The position numbers and the translations under genes were made by a program. Below, piece after piece: positions 39,401 to 47,283 of a DNA stretch of 64,000 bases. Every line of letters starts with the position of its first letter. Position 1 is the first letter of the stretch. Under the pieces are notes generated by a model. That model was not told the DNA's origin, made no database searches, and saw nothing but the letters and a program-made list of their open reading frames with translations. Origin of the DNA: Planctomycetota bacterium (GTDB lineage: Bacteria; Planctomycetota; UBA8108; SXIK01); contig CBDCXR010000004.1 in the NCBI GenBank assembly GCA_965223845.1, positions 4,128,001 to 4,192,000 of the forward strand, read 5' to 3'.

Positions 39401-41553
39401 CATCTCTCGACGCGGAGTCGGATCTCGCCGCGGCGCTCGCGTCCCCGAACGGATGGATCCGCGACACCGCGCAGCGTCTCATCGTTGAACATCGTCCCGC
39501 GGGGATCGCGACCGCGCTGCGCTCGCTCGCTCGCGCGAGCGAGCGAGCGGCGACTCGCATCCACGCGCTCTGGACGCTCGACGCGCTCGGTGCGCTGGAC
39601 GAGTCGATTCTACGGGCCAGCTTCTCCGACCCGAGCGCCGACGTCCGCGAGCACGCCGCGCGGCTCGCCGAATCGCGCATCGATGCGGAACCCGTCTTCA
39701 CCGATGTCGTCGCCCTCACTCGAGATTCGGCGGCGCGCGTTCGCGTGCAGGTCGCGTTCACGCTCGGCGCGTCTTCGCACCCGCTCGCCGGCGTCGCTCT
39801 CGCCGATCTTCTCCGTCGCCACGAGCAGGATCCGTGGCTTCGCGCGGCCGTCTTGAGCTCGAGCCGAACTCACGCCGGCGGGATCCTCGCGGAGCTCGCC
39901 GGGAGCGAAGACGGGCCCTGGACTCTCGAGACGAGCGGCGATCGCGCGGTGTTCAACGCCCTCGTCGCGACCGTGGCGCGCGAGTCGAGCGACGACGCGC
40001 TTCGGCATCTCCTCGCTCGGCTCGATCCGGGCGACGTTCGCCGCGGACATTTCTCGCTCCTCGGCACGCTCGCGACCGCCGCCGGAGCACGACTCGAGAG
40101 AATCGCGAGCGCGAATGCGGACGTGAGCGCCGCCATCGCCGGAACGCGGCGAGCGGCGCGCGAGAAGGCCATCGATCCCTCGGCCGCCCTCGCGCTCCGG
40201 GTCGAAGCGGTCCGAGCGCTCGGCGGAGAGGCTGCCGATCTCGTCGTACTCGAAGCGCTCGTCGCGCCACGAACGCCGAGCGATCTCCAGATCGAAGCTC
40301 TCCGGCTAGTCAAGTCGGCGTCCGAAGACCGTCGCGCCACCGCGGCCGAGTTCCTTCTCGCGCGGTGGGATGCGCTCGGTCCGCGGATCCGCGGTGAAAC
40401 GCTCGAGCTGCTCGTCTCCACTCCGAGCGGGGCCGACCGAATCGCGGCGGCGATCGACGCGCAGCGACTCGATCCCCGCCACGTGAGCTCACCGCTTCGC
40501 TCCCGTTTGCGCGCGAGCGCCTCGCCGGAAGTGCGCGCTCGCCTCGCACGTGCATTCGCGCCGCCGCGAGCATCGTCCCCCGAAGCACACGCGGAGTATC
40601 GCGCGCAAGTTCGCTCTCTCCGCGGAGAAGCGGAGAGCGGGCGCGCGGTGTTCGAAGAGCACTGCTCGAACTGCCATCGTCTCGACGGCCTCGGCTTCGA
40701 CGTCGGTCCGCGGATCGAAGACGCCGCCGTCAAAGGAATCGAGAGCGTCCTCGAAGCGATCTTGGCACCGGCCGAATTCGTCCCGCCGCGCTACACGCCC
40801 TACATTGTCGAGAGTTCCAGCGGACAGGTCGCCACGGGTCTCATCGCAGAAGAGACCGCGACGAGCGTCCGGCTCGTCCGTCCGGGCGGCGTCACCGAAA
40901 CGATCCTCCGGAGCGATCTCGAATCACTCACCGCCGACGAAGGTTCGCTGATGCCATCCGATCTCGCGGCAGCGATCTCGCCGCAGGCGATGGCGGATCT
41001 TCTCGCCTTCGTCGCGCAGCGACCCGCGAACCTCGACGCACTCGACCCGGAGGCGACTCGGGCCGCGAGTGCGATCGTCGAGGCGAACGCTCACAACGGC
41101 CTCGCGGAGGTGCTCGAGGCGACGGAGATCGCGGATCAGGCGAGCTGGGTCGGTCGCATTCGGATGTCGCTCGCACGCCAGCTCGACGGGAAGCACGCCG
41201 TCGCGTGGAAAACGGATGTGGTCCCCGACTCGCTCGAATCTGCGACGTACTCGTTTCACTTGCCGGTCGCGATGGGCTACGTCAGCCAGCCGAGCGGATC
41301 CTTCACCCTCCACGTCGGCGAGCGGCGTGTGCTCGAATTCAACGTCACGCTCGAAAGCGCGACGTGGAAGTCGCCCGGAGGCGCCGCGCGACTCGACTAC
41401 TCAGTCCGTGCGCGAAACAGCGAAGATTCGACCGGGATCTTGACCGTCACCGTGCCGATCGGTTGGCTCGAACCGGGCTCCCCCGCGACGCTCCGCGTCA
41501 CCGGATCCAGCACGGGGAGCCGCCGCTGGTTCGGCGTGCTGCCGCTCCGCTGA
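36403..41553 (+). CDS. Multidomain secreted protein: polysaccharide-deacetylase-like, FG-GAP repeats, PVC-type beta-propeller dehydrogenase, HEAT repeats, cytochrome c
   Basis: LSIDD, HTRTHP, FRMPC, FHPH; DIDGDG repeats; VPDGFRVELVASEP..GNQQHRVNG..WFRPV..GPDGALY; HEAT-like helices; CSNCH. Confidence 0.85.
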   Translation: MRFAFVLIAFASSFASLRAQPIASPGNRCTYLHDPSPFYAGPSLPRVTTPMWIGEENVDAAVILSIDDLTEARVDHYRDFLAPILARLDEIQGYSPLNIFTNRIDPSDPQVQRWIDQGVRLDVHTRTHPCPLMRHEIPAATSEVFDCLSNLNAVPNHFANAFRMPCTDSINSSTPLFFREILPQRTNDGRFLEVDSSVSMFPDSSYEAYAPFLNYAATISEYPYPYVVGGNIWELPIVVPTDWQAQHRRGVNHPQTVAEVKRAFDIVIEAKGLYTWCFHPHGWIRNTQIIEVIDHVRSRYGARVKFLNIQETLERLTEHMLGGVALRDADGSDGGVRLVDIDGDGRMDVVVGNDARRETRVWHSESRTWRTVPFPFSIVRGQGSAKRATGVEFGVFRADGKISALLATKNGSTFAHFDGEQWTRQPALGLVVDGKQVVGRDDGRDRGLRLRDVDGDGYSDAIVNNDSQNLIFRWNPREREFERLASVLPALAAVVDAEGRDGGLRFWDVDRDGDDDLVLSNDREYFVYLYEDATKTWSTRVLHGSSGAPGALPKITSRGEDRGAWFKDTTLYVANTATAGRPNLVETRDFAQLLEHRATPPKSPEEARATLRVPDGFRVELVASEPLIADPVSVEFGADGRVWVAEMGSYPLGRGEEADGRIRVLRDTDGDGRLDQSTVFAHGLSFPAGALPFRGGVLVTCAPNIYYFEDRNGDDRADSREIIFSGFGEGNQQHRVNGLHYGIDNWIYGANGDSGGTIRSARAPDRPALHLGGRDFRFRKDLTTFEAATGRTQFGLAMDDFGRRYGTSNSRHILYAVLPDRYLGRNPHVAPPNAVLDIAEHGAMARIYPISKQLISLNSIHVPGHFSSACGISIYRGERFPPSYRGSAFVADPVANLVHRDVLVPDGASVVARRSENETDSEFLASTDAWFRPVYTTTGPDGALYVVDMHRYIIEHPEYIPEDLQQILDFAAGRDRGRIYRVVYASADPRSEVARIPVAPSLDAESDLAAALASPNGWIRDTAQRLIVEHRPAGIATALRSLARASERAATRIHALWTLDALGALDESILRASFSDPSADVREHAARLAESRIDAEPVFTDVVALTRDSAARVRVQVAFTLGASSHPLAGVALADLLRRHEQDPWLRAAVLSSSRTHAGGILAELAGSEDGPWTLETSGDRAVFNALVATVARESSDDALRHLLARLDPGDVRRGHFSLLGTLATAAGARLERIASANADVSAAIAGTRRAAREKAIDPSAALALRVEAVRALGGEAADLVVLEALVAPRTPSDLQIEALRLVKSASEDRRATAAEFLLARWDALGPRIRGETLELLVSTPSGADRIAAAIDAQRLDPRHVSSPLRSRLRASASPEVRARLARAFAPPRASSPEAHAEYRAQVRSLRGEAESGRAVFEEHCSNCHRLDGLGFDVGPRIEDAAVKGIESVLEAILAPAEFVPPRYTPYIVESSSGQVATGLIAEETATSVRLVRPGGVTETILRSDLESLTADEGSLMPSDLAAAISPQAMADLLAFVAQRPANLDALDPEATRAASAIVEANAHNGLAEVLEATEIADQASWVGRIRMSLARQLDGKHAVAWKTDVVPDSLESATYSFHLPVAMGYVSQPSGSFTLHVGERRVLEFNVTLESATWKSPGGAARLDYSVRARNSEDSTGILTVTVPIGWLEPGSPATLRVTGSSTGSRRWFGVLPLR

Positions 41554-41668
41554 GGCCCGGGAACCCGTCCCGGAATCGCGCGAGGATGCGGAGATCCCCT
41601 ATAGCGGCGCGGCGCGGCGGGCGGCCAAATAGAGACGGTGCTTCGATGGACCGTGCTCCCGAGCTCCG

Positions 41669-42322
41669 CTAGGAGTCGAGGAACGTCAGCCCCTCACGCA
41701 CAGCGAACTTCGTGAGCTCGGGGAGGCTGTCGATCTGAAGCCGCTCCATGATGTGTTGGCGGTGCGTCTCGACGGTCTTCACGCTGATGTCGAGCACCAG
41801 GGCGATCTGCTTCGTCGTCTTCCCTTCGGCGAGGAGCTGGAGTACTTCGCGCTGACGATCGGTCAGTCCGGCGCCGGCCGTGGCGAACCGCGCCGCCAGC
41901 TTCTCGACGTACGCCTCAGCCCCATCTTCCGTGATGAGCGGACTCAGATAGATTCGACCCGAGAGAACGGTCGCGATGGCCTCGGCAAGCTCTTCGATGG
42001 CGCATTCCTTGAGGACATACCCGCGCGCCCCCGCCTCCATCATGCGATGGATCATCCGCTCTTCGGCATGCATCGAGAGGGCGATGATCTTGACGTGTTC
42101 GCAGGCGCCTCGGATCTGCGTCGTCGCCTCGACGCCGTTGAGGCCCTTCATGGCGACGTCCATGATGGCGACGTCGGGCGAGAGCCTACCTGTCAATTCG
42201 ACGGCCGTACGGCCGTCGGCAGCTTCGCCGACGATAGCGTACTCGTCGCGATCCTCGAACCAGCTCTTCAGCCCGTCGCGAACAATTGCATGGTCATCCA
42301 CCAGCAGGACTCGAGTCGTCAC
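41669..42322 (-). CDS. NarL/FixJ-family response regulator (REC plus LuxR HTH)
   Basis: LLVDDH, IMD phosphoacceptor, GYVLK, LTDRQREVLQLLAEGKTTKQIA..KTVETHR. Confidence 0.95.
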   Translation of the reverse strand: MTTRVLLVDDHAIVRDGLKSWFEDRDEYAIVGEAADGRTAVELTGRLSPDVAIMDVAMKGLNGVEATTQIRGACEHVKIIALSMHAEERMIHRMMEAGARGYVLKECAIEELAEAIATVLSGRIYLSPLITEDGAEAYVEKLAARFATAGAGLTDRQREVLQLLAEGKTTKQIALVLDISVKTVETHRQHIMERLQIDSLPELTKFAVREGLTFLDS

Positions 42323-42762
42323 TGCGCCGCTCCGTCATCTCTCGGTGGCTCTCCATCACGGATCCGCGCGATCTCGTGCCCACGCGAAGAGCACGCCGAT
42401 TATAGGCGACTGGTCCGTTATTTGCAGAGCGAATCGGAGTCGGCGCACCCCATCGATTTCCCGAACAACAACATCGCCGGCGGGCGTTCGGCGCTGTTCT
42501 CTCCGCCCTCTCTCGGCGGTTAGGCGACGGCCGCTCGAAGTCCCAACCCACGGCCTCGCGGACGACATCGCGAAGCGGACCAACGGAGATTCTGGACGAA
42601 TCGTCGATGATTCGCGACCGAGAAGCCGGCCGAAAGGATCGCCCGTGGTCCGCACCGACGGCCGATCCCGGCGACTTGGACAGGCTCCCATCCCGAGTTC
42701 CTGACGTACGATGTACGTCCTATCGTTCCCCTCGTAGACAAGACTCAAGCGAACGAAACGTC

Positions 42763-43218
42763 ATGCGACTCCCCGATTCCAGCTCAGACCAAAATGGCGT
42801 ACCCGCCGCGTCGCGGCCCGATTCCGAATCGGATCCCGGGAAGCTCGACCAAGTCCGGGACATCCTCCTCGGTCCGCTGATCGACTCGGTCGAGCGCCGA
42901 TTCGACCGTCTCGAAGATGGGATCTCTGAGCTACGGCGCGAAGCGGAAGCCCGGGCGAACGCGATCGAGATGGAGCTGCGCCGCGCCGTCGAGGAGCTGA
43001 GCGAACGCGCAAAGCGGGACGACGCGGATCTCGGCGATCGTCTGACTGCGCTCGGGAGAACGGTCGAGGAGAACCTGAACGCACTCCGAAGCGATCTCGC
43101 GCGTGATTGCGAGAAGATCCGCGCGGCTAAGGTCGATCGAGCTTCCCTCGGGACGCTTCTCCAGCGGGTCGCGGAAGAGGTCGCCCGCGCGGAGGAGCCA
43201 GAGGGTGGAGCGGAATGA
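42763..43218 (+). CDS. Coiled-coil hypothetical protein, first gene of the GTPase operon
   Basis: LDQVRDILLG then heptad-rich helix ending KVDRASLGTLL. Confidence 0.7.
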   Translation: MRLPDSSSDQNGVPAASRPDSESDPGKLDQVRDILLGPLIDSVERRFDRLEDGISELRREAEARANAIEMELRRAVEELSERAKRDDADLGDRLTALGRTVEENLNALRSDLARDCEKIRAAKVDRASLGTLLQRVAEEVARAEEPEGGAE

Positions 43219-43228
43219 GGACGACACC

Positions 43229-45598
43229 GTGAAACCGCTCCAGCCGAAACGACCGACCTCCCCGCGCGCCGAGGGCTCCACGCCGCCGCCGCGCGGCGTC
43301 GACTCGGGCGCGCGTGGGTCGACGCCGGACGCTCGCGGGTCCGCGGAGACGGACGCCGCGTTCGAGCAACTGAGAGAGCTCCTAGCTCCCGACGAACGCC
43401 CGCTCGAAGCCGAAGAGGTCAGCCGCGTTCTCCCCGAAGCCGTCCACCTCCGATCGAAGCGCGATGCGAAGTTGAATCGCGCGCTGACGCCGACGATCGA
43501 GGAGGCGATTCAAGCGTCCGTTCGACGCGATCCGCAGCAGATCGCGACGGCGATCTACCCGGCGCTCGGTCCGGCGATTCGGAAATCGATCACCGAGACA
43601 CTCGCCGGGATGATTCAGTCGCTCAACGAGGCACTCGAGCACAGCGTGAGCCCGCAAGGCATCCGCTGGCGCATCGAGGCGTGGCGAACCGGGCGCCCGT
43701 TCGCCGAAGTCGTGCTGCTCCACACTCTCGTCTATCGCGTCGAGCAGATCTTTTGGATCGAGAGGGCGAGCGGCGTCCTCCTTCAGCACCTCGTCGCTCC
43801 TTCCGTACGCGCGCAGAGCGGCGATCTCGTCTCGGGAATGCTGTCGGCGATCCAGAAGTTCATCGAGGATTCCTTCGACGTCGAGCAAGGCGACACGCTT
43901 CAGTCGCTTCGCGTCGGCGATCTCACGGTGTGGGTCGACGGTGGCTCCCAAACCGTTCTCGCGACGGTGATCCGAGGCAATCCACCGCTCTCGTTTCGAA
44001 GCAAGACCACGGCGACGCTCGAAACCCTCGAAATCGAGCACGGTGCCGCACTCGCGGAGTTCGACGGCGACACCTCGAGCTTCGAAGTCTCGCGCCACGA
44101 GCTGGCGGCGTGTCTCGAGGAGCAGAAGCAGGTCGGCGCCACCGCGAAGAAGGGAAAGATGAAATACGCGCTCGCGCTCATCGCGATCGTCGTCTTGCCG
44201 TTTCTTCTCTGGGGTTTCTTCTCCTGGCGCGAATCCGGACGCTGGTCAGAGCTCCTCGCCGCACTCGATCGAGAGCCGGGGATCCTCGTCACCGAAAGCG
44301 GAAGCGAAGACGGATCACGCTCCATCGCCGGACTCCGCGACCCGCTCGCGCGCGACCCAGCCGAGCTCGCGGCGGCCGTCGGGCTCGATCCGGATGAGAT
44401 TCACTGGCGGTGGATCGATCACGCCGCGAAGGAGTTCGACGAGACGCGCATCCGCGCGGCGCTCGAGTTGCCCCCCTCGGTCGAGATCTCGATCGTCGAC
44501 GGAGCCGTCACCGGCAGCGGCTCGGCGACATCGGACTGGATTCGCGCGGCGCGCGACCGCGCACTCGCCGCCGGCGCACTCAGCGTCGACTTGAGCGGAG
44601 TCGCGGAAAGCGACGCTCACGCGCGCACTCTCGCGCGAGCGCGAAACGTGCTCGATCCTCCCGCGTCGGTCGACTTGCAACTCCGAGAGAACACGCTCGT
44701 TCTCGCCGGACGCGCGCCCGAAGCATGGATCGCCGAAGCGAGCATTCTCGCGCGCGCGATCGACGGCGTCGGCGCGATCGACGCGACGGGGGTCGAGCCG
44801 GCCGATCGCGCCGAACGCATCCTCGCGCGCGTTCACACCGTGCTCCAGCCTCCCCCGAGTGTCACGCTCACGCTCGAGGGTGACGTCGTCGTGGCGTCGG
44901 GTGAGGCCGAGGACGCCTGGATCGAACGGGCGCCGTGGCTCGCGCGTTCGATCGAGGGCGTCAGGTCGTTTCGCGGCGAACGGTTGAGGAGCACCGACCG
45001 CAGCTCGCGCGTCGTGCGCGAGGCTCGACTCGCGCTGCGCGCACCCGCGAGCGTGACGCTCTCGTTCTCCGGGGGCGTCCTCTTCGCTCGTGGTCGCGCC
45101 GCGCACCAATGGATTCTCGAGAGCCGGCGTCTCGCGCCCTTCGTTGCACGGGTCGAGAGTTACGACGATGGTGCTCTCATCGACATCGACGCCGAGGAGT
45201 TCGCCGCGATCAAAGCCGCCATCGAATCGGTGGAGATCTACTTCGAGGCGAACACGATCCGCCTCGCCGAGGGAAGCGAAGCAGGGATTCCGGCGGTCGC
45301 CGCGCGCATCGCGGAGATCGTGCCCGCGGCGGAACGCCTCGCGCTCGAGTTCGAGATCGCCGTCATCGGCCATCTCGACAACGTGGACCAGCGCCCCGTG
45401 CGATCGGAGCTCAGCCGCGCCCGGGCGGCGAAGGTGATCGATCTCCTCGTCGAGACGGGTGTCCCGCGCGATCGGCTGAATCTGCTCGACGCCGGCGCGC
45501 GCCACGCGGCTTCGGCGGACGCCGACGCGAGTCGGCGACGACGGGTTTCTTTCGAGGTGTCGACGCGTGGAGCGACGGGCGACGCATCCCGGCCATGA
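43229..45598 (+). CDS. Single-TM protein: helical and longin-like cytoplasmic region, four BON-like repeats, C-terminal OmpA-like domain
   Basis: GAGG then GTG 43229; TM YALALIAIVVLPFLLWGFFSW; repeated LxP(P/A)xSVxL..GxAxxxWI; IYFE..IGHLD..LSRARA..RRVSF. Confidence 0.75.
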   Translation: MKPLQPKRPTSPRAEGSTPPPRGVDSGARGSTPDARGSAETDAAFEQLRELLAPDERPLEAEEVSRVLPEAVHLRSKRDAKLNRALTPTIEEAIQASVRRDPQQIATAIYPALGPAIRKSITETLAGMIQSLNEALEHSVSPQGIRWRIEAWRTGRPFAEVVLLHTLVYRVEQIFWIERASGVLLQHLVAPSVRAQSGDLVSGMLSAIQKFIEDSFDVEQGDTLQSLRVGDLTVWVDGGSQTVLATVIRGNPPLSFRSKTTATLETLEIEHGAALAEFDGDTSSFEVSRHELAACLEEQKQVGATAKKGKMKYALALIAIVVLPFLLWGFFSWRESGRWSELLAALDREPGILVTESGSEDGSRSIAGLRDPLARDPAELAAAVGLDPDEIHWRWIDHAAKEFDETRIRAALELPPSVEISIVDGAVTGSGSATSDWIRAARDRALAAGALSVDLSGVAESDAHARTLARARNVLDPPASVDLQLRENTLVLAGRAPEAWIAEASILARAIDGVGAIDATGVEPADRAERILARVHTVLQPPPSVTLTLEGDVVVASGEAEDAWIERAPWLARSIEGVRSFRGERLRSTDRSSRVVREARLALRAPASVTLSFSGGVLFARGRAAHQWILESRRLAPFVARVESYDDGALIDIDAEEFAAIKAAIESVEIYFEANTIRLAEGSEAGIPAVAARIAEIVPAAERLALEFEIAVIGHLDNVDQRPVRSELSRARAAKVIDLLVETGVPRDRLNLLDAGARHAASADADASRRRRVSFEVSTRGATGDASRP

Positions 45599-46095
45599 TC
45601 AAGAAGAAGATCTGCATGCTCGGGGCCTTCGCCGTCGGCAAGACGAGCCTCGTCAGCCGGTACGTGGAGAGCCTGTTTTCCGAAGACTACCTGACGACGG
45701 TCGGCGTCAAGGTCGATACGCGCCTTCTCGTAGTCCGCGGCATGGAGGTCCAGCTCGTCATTTGGGACATCGCCGGTGAAGATGACGTTCACCAGATCAA
45801 CCTCGCTTACCTGCGCGGAGCGAGCGGATACCTCGTCGTCGTCGACGGTACCCGCCCCGAGACGGTCGATGTCGCGCTCGAAATCCTCGAGCGGTCCGCC
45901 GACACGGTGGGTGCGCTCCCCCACATCGTGTGCGTGAACAAGAGCGATCTCGACGATGACTGGGCGATCGATCGCGACTCGCTCGCAGCAAAAGGCGTCG
46001 AGGACTTCGTTCGCGTGAGCGCGAAGACGGGCGAGGGCGTCGAGAGAGCGTTCGAACGTCTCGCGGAGCTCATGATCGAAGGGATGAGGTCGTGA
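45595..46095 (+). CDS. Rab-like small GTPase (prokaryotic Rup-type)
   Basis: G1 GAFAVGKTS, G2 YLTTVG, G3 WDIAGE, G4 NKSD, G5 SAK; 166 aa; ATGA-coupled to the upstream gene. Confidence 0.92.
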   Translation: MIKKKICMLGAFAVGKTSLVSRYVESLFSEDYLTTVGVKVDTRLLVVRGMEVQLVIWDIAGEDDVHQINLAYLRGASGYLVVVDGTRPETVDVALEILERSADTVGALPHIVCVNKSDLDDDWAIDRDSLAAKGVEDFVRVSAKTGEGVERAFERLAELMIEGMRS

Positions 46096-47273
46096 TCCAG
46101 TCGCACGAACCCCTCGCTCAGTTTCTCTCGCACCTCGCGGAACGTGATCGCTCGGTCGTCTACCTCCGCACCGATCGCGAAGGACGTCTCCGCGAGAAGC
46201 GAGGAGACGTCGAGCGGTACGGTCTCGCCGATCTCGAGGTCGGCACACCGGTTCAGTCGCGAGTCGCCGCGCTCCTCGGCTCCGTTCCGCTCGGCGGCGA
46301 GCCCGGGTGCCTGCCGCTCGTCGAGCTTCACCCCGGAGCGATCGTCGACATCCATCTGGTCCCGGATGTGCGAGACGACTGGATCGTCCTCATCGACTCG
46401 TCCACGGAGGCGCAGCGCCGGCGCGCGATCCAGCAGGAGCAGCACGACCTCGCGCTCGCGCGCGCGAAGCTGCGCCGACTCTCCGCGGAGCTCGATTCGC
46501 GCTCGGTCGACGAGGTCGGCGCCGGGTCGGACGCGCGTTCGCCGGGGCGAGAGTTCGATCGCGAAAGTGGAAGCGCGCCAGTGGAGAGCCCGGACGATTC
46601 CGACTCCGAGCTCCTCGCGTACGAACGCCGTCTCCGGCGCCTCGCGCTCGACCTCGCTCGAGCCGAGGAGGCGGAGCGACGGCGAATCGCGGTCGGTCTC
46701 CACGACGACGTCGGTCAGCTTCTCGCGGCGACGCGGATGAAGGTGTCGCTCCTCCGGGAACGCGCGTCCGAGGAGCGAGTGCGGTCTCTCGCCGAGGAGG
46801 TCGCGGATCTACTCTCGAGTGTCATCCGGCACACCCGCAGTCTCACGTTCGAACTCGGCTCGCCACTCGTTCGGGACGCCGGTCTTCGAGCTGGGCTGGC
46901 GAAGCTGGCCGCAGATGTGGACGAGCGCGGCCCGTTCTCCGTGACGTTCCATGCTCCCGGGGAGATCCCCGAACCGACCGAAGAGATCCGAATCCTCGTC
47001 TACCAGGCCGTCCGCGAGCTACTGTTCAACGCGACGAAACACTCGGAAGCGCGCCGCGCTGCGGTCGAGGTTGCCGTAAGCGCGGGGACGATCGAAATCT
47101 GTGTGAGAGACGACGGCGTCGGCTTTCGTCCTTCCCGCCTCGAGAACCGCGACACCCGCGGGTTCGGCCTCACATATCTCCGTGAACGGCTCGACGAGCT
47201 GAACATCGATTTCTCGGTCCGTTCGGCTCCCGGCGAAGGCACGCGCGCTCGTCTTCGGATACCGACCGACTGA
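46092..47273 (+). CDS. Soluble sensor histidine kinase (HisKA_3, NarX/DegS-like)
   Basis: ERRRIAVGLHDDVGQ H-box, ELLFNATKHS N-box, DDGVGF, GFGL; no clear TM. Confidence 0.9.
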   Translation: MIQSHEPLAQFLSHLAERDRSVVYLRTDREGRLREKRGDVERYGLADLEVGTPVQSRVAALLGSVPLGGEPGCLPLVELHPGAIVDIHLVPDVRDDWIVLIDSSTEAQRRRAIQQEQHDLALARAKLRRLSAELDSRSVDEVGAGSDARSPGREFDRESGSAPVESPDDSDSELLAYERRLRRLALDLARAEEAERRRIAVGLHDDVGQLLAATRMKVSLLRERASEERVRSLAEEVADLLSSVIRHTRSLTFELGSPLVRDAGLRAGLAKLAADVDERGPFSVTFHAPGEIPEPTEEIRILVYQAVRELLFNATKHSEARRAAVEVAVSAGTIEICVRDDGVGFRPSRLENRDTRGFGLTYLRERLDELNIDFSVRSAPGEGTRARLRIPTD

Positions 47274-47283
47274 GCGGGCGCCC

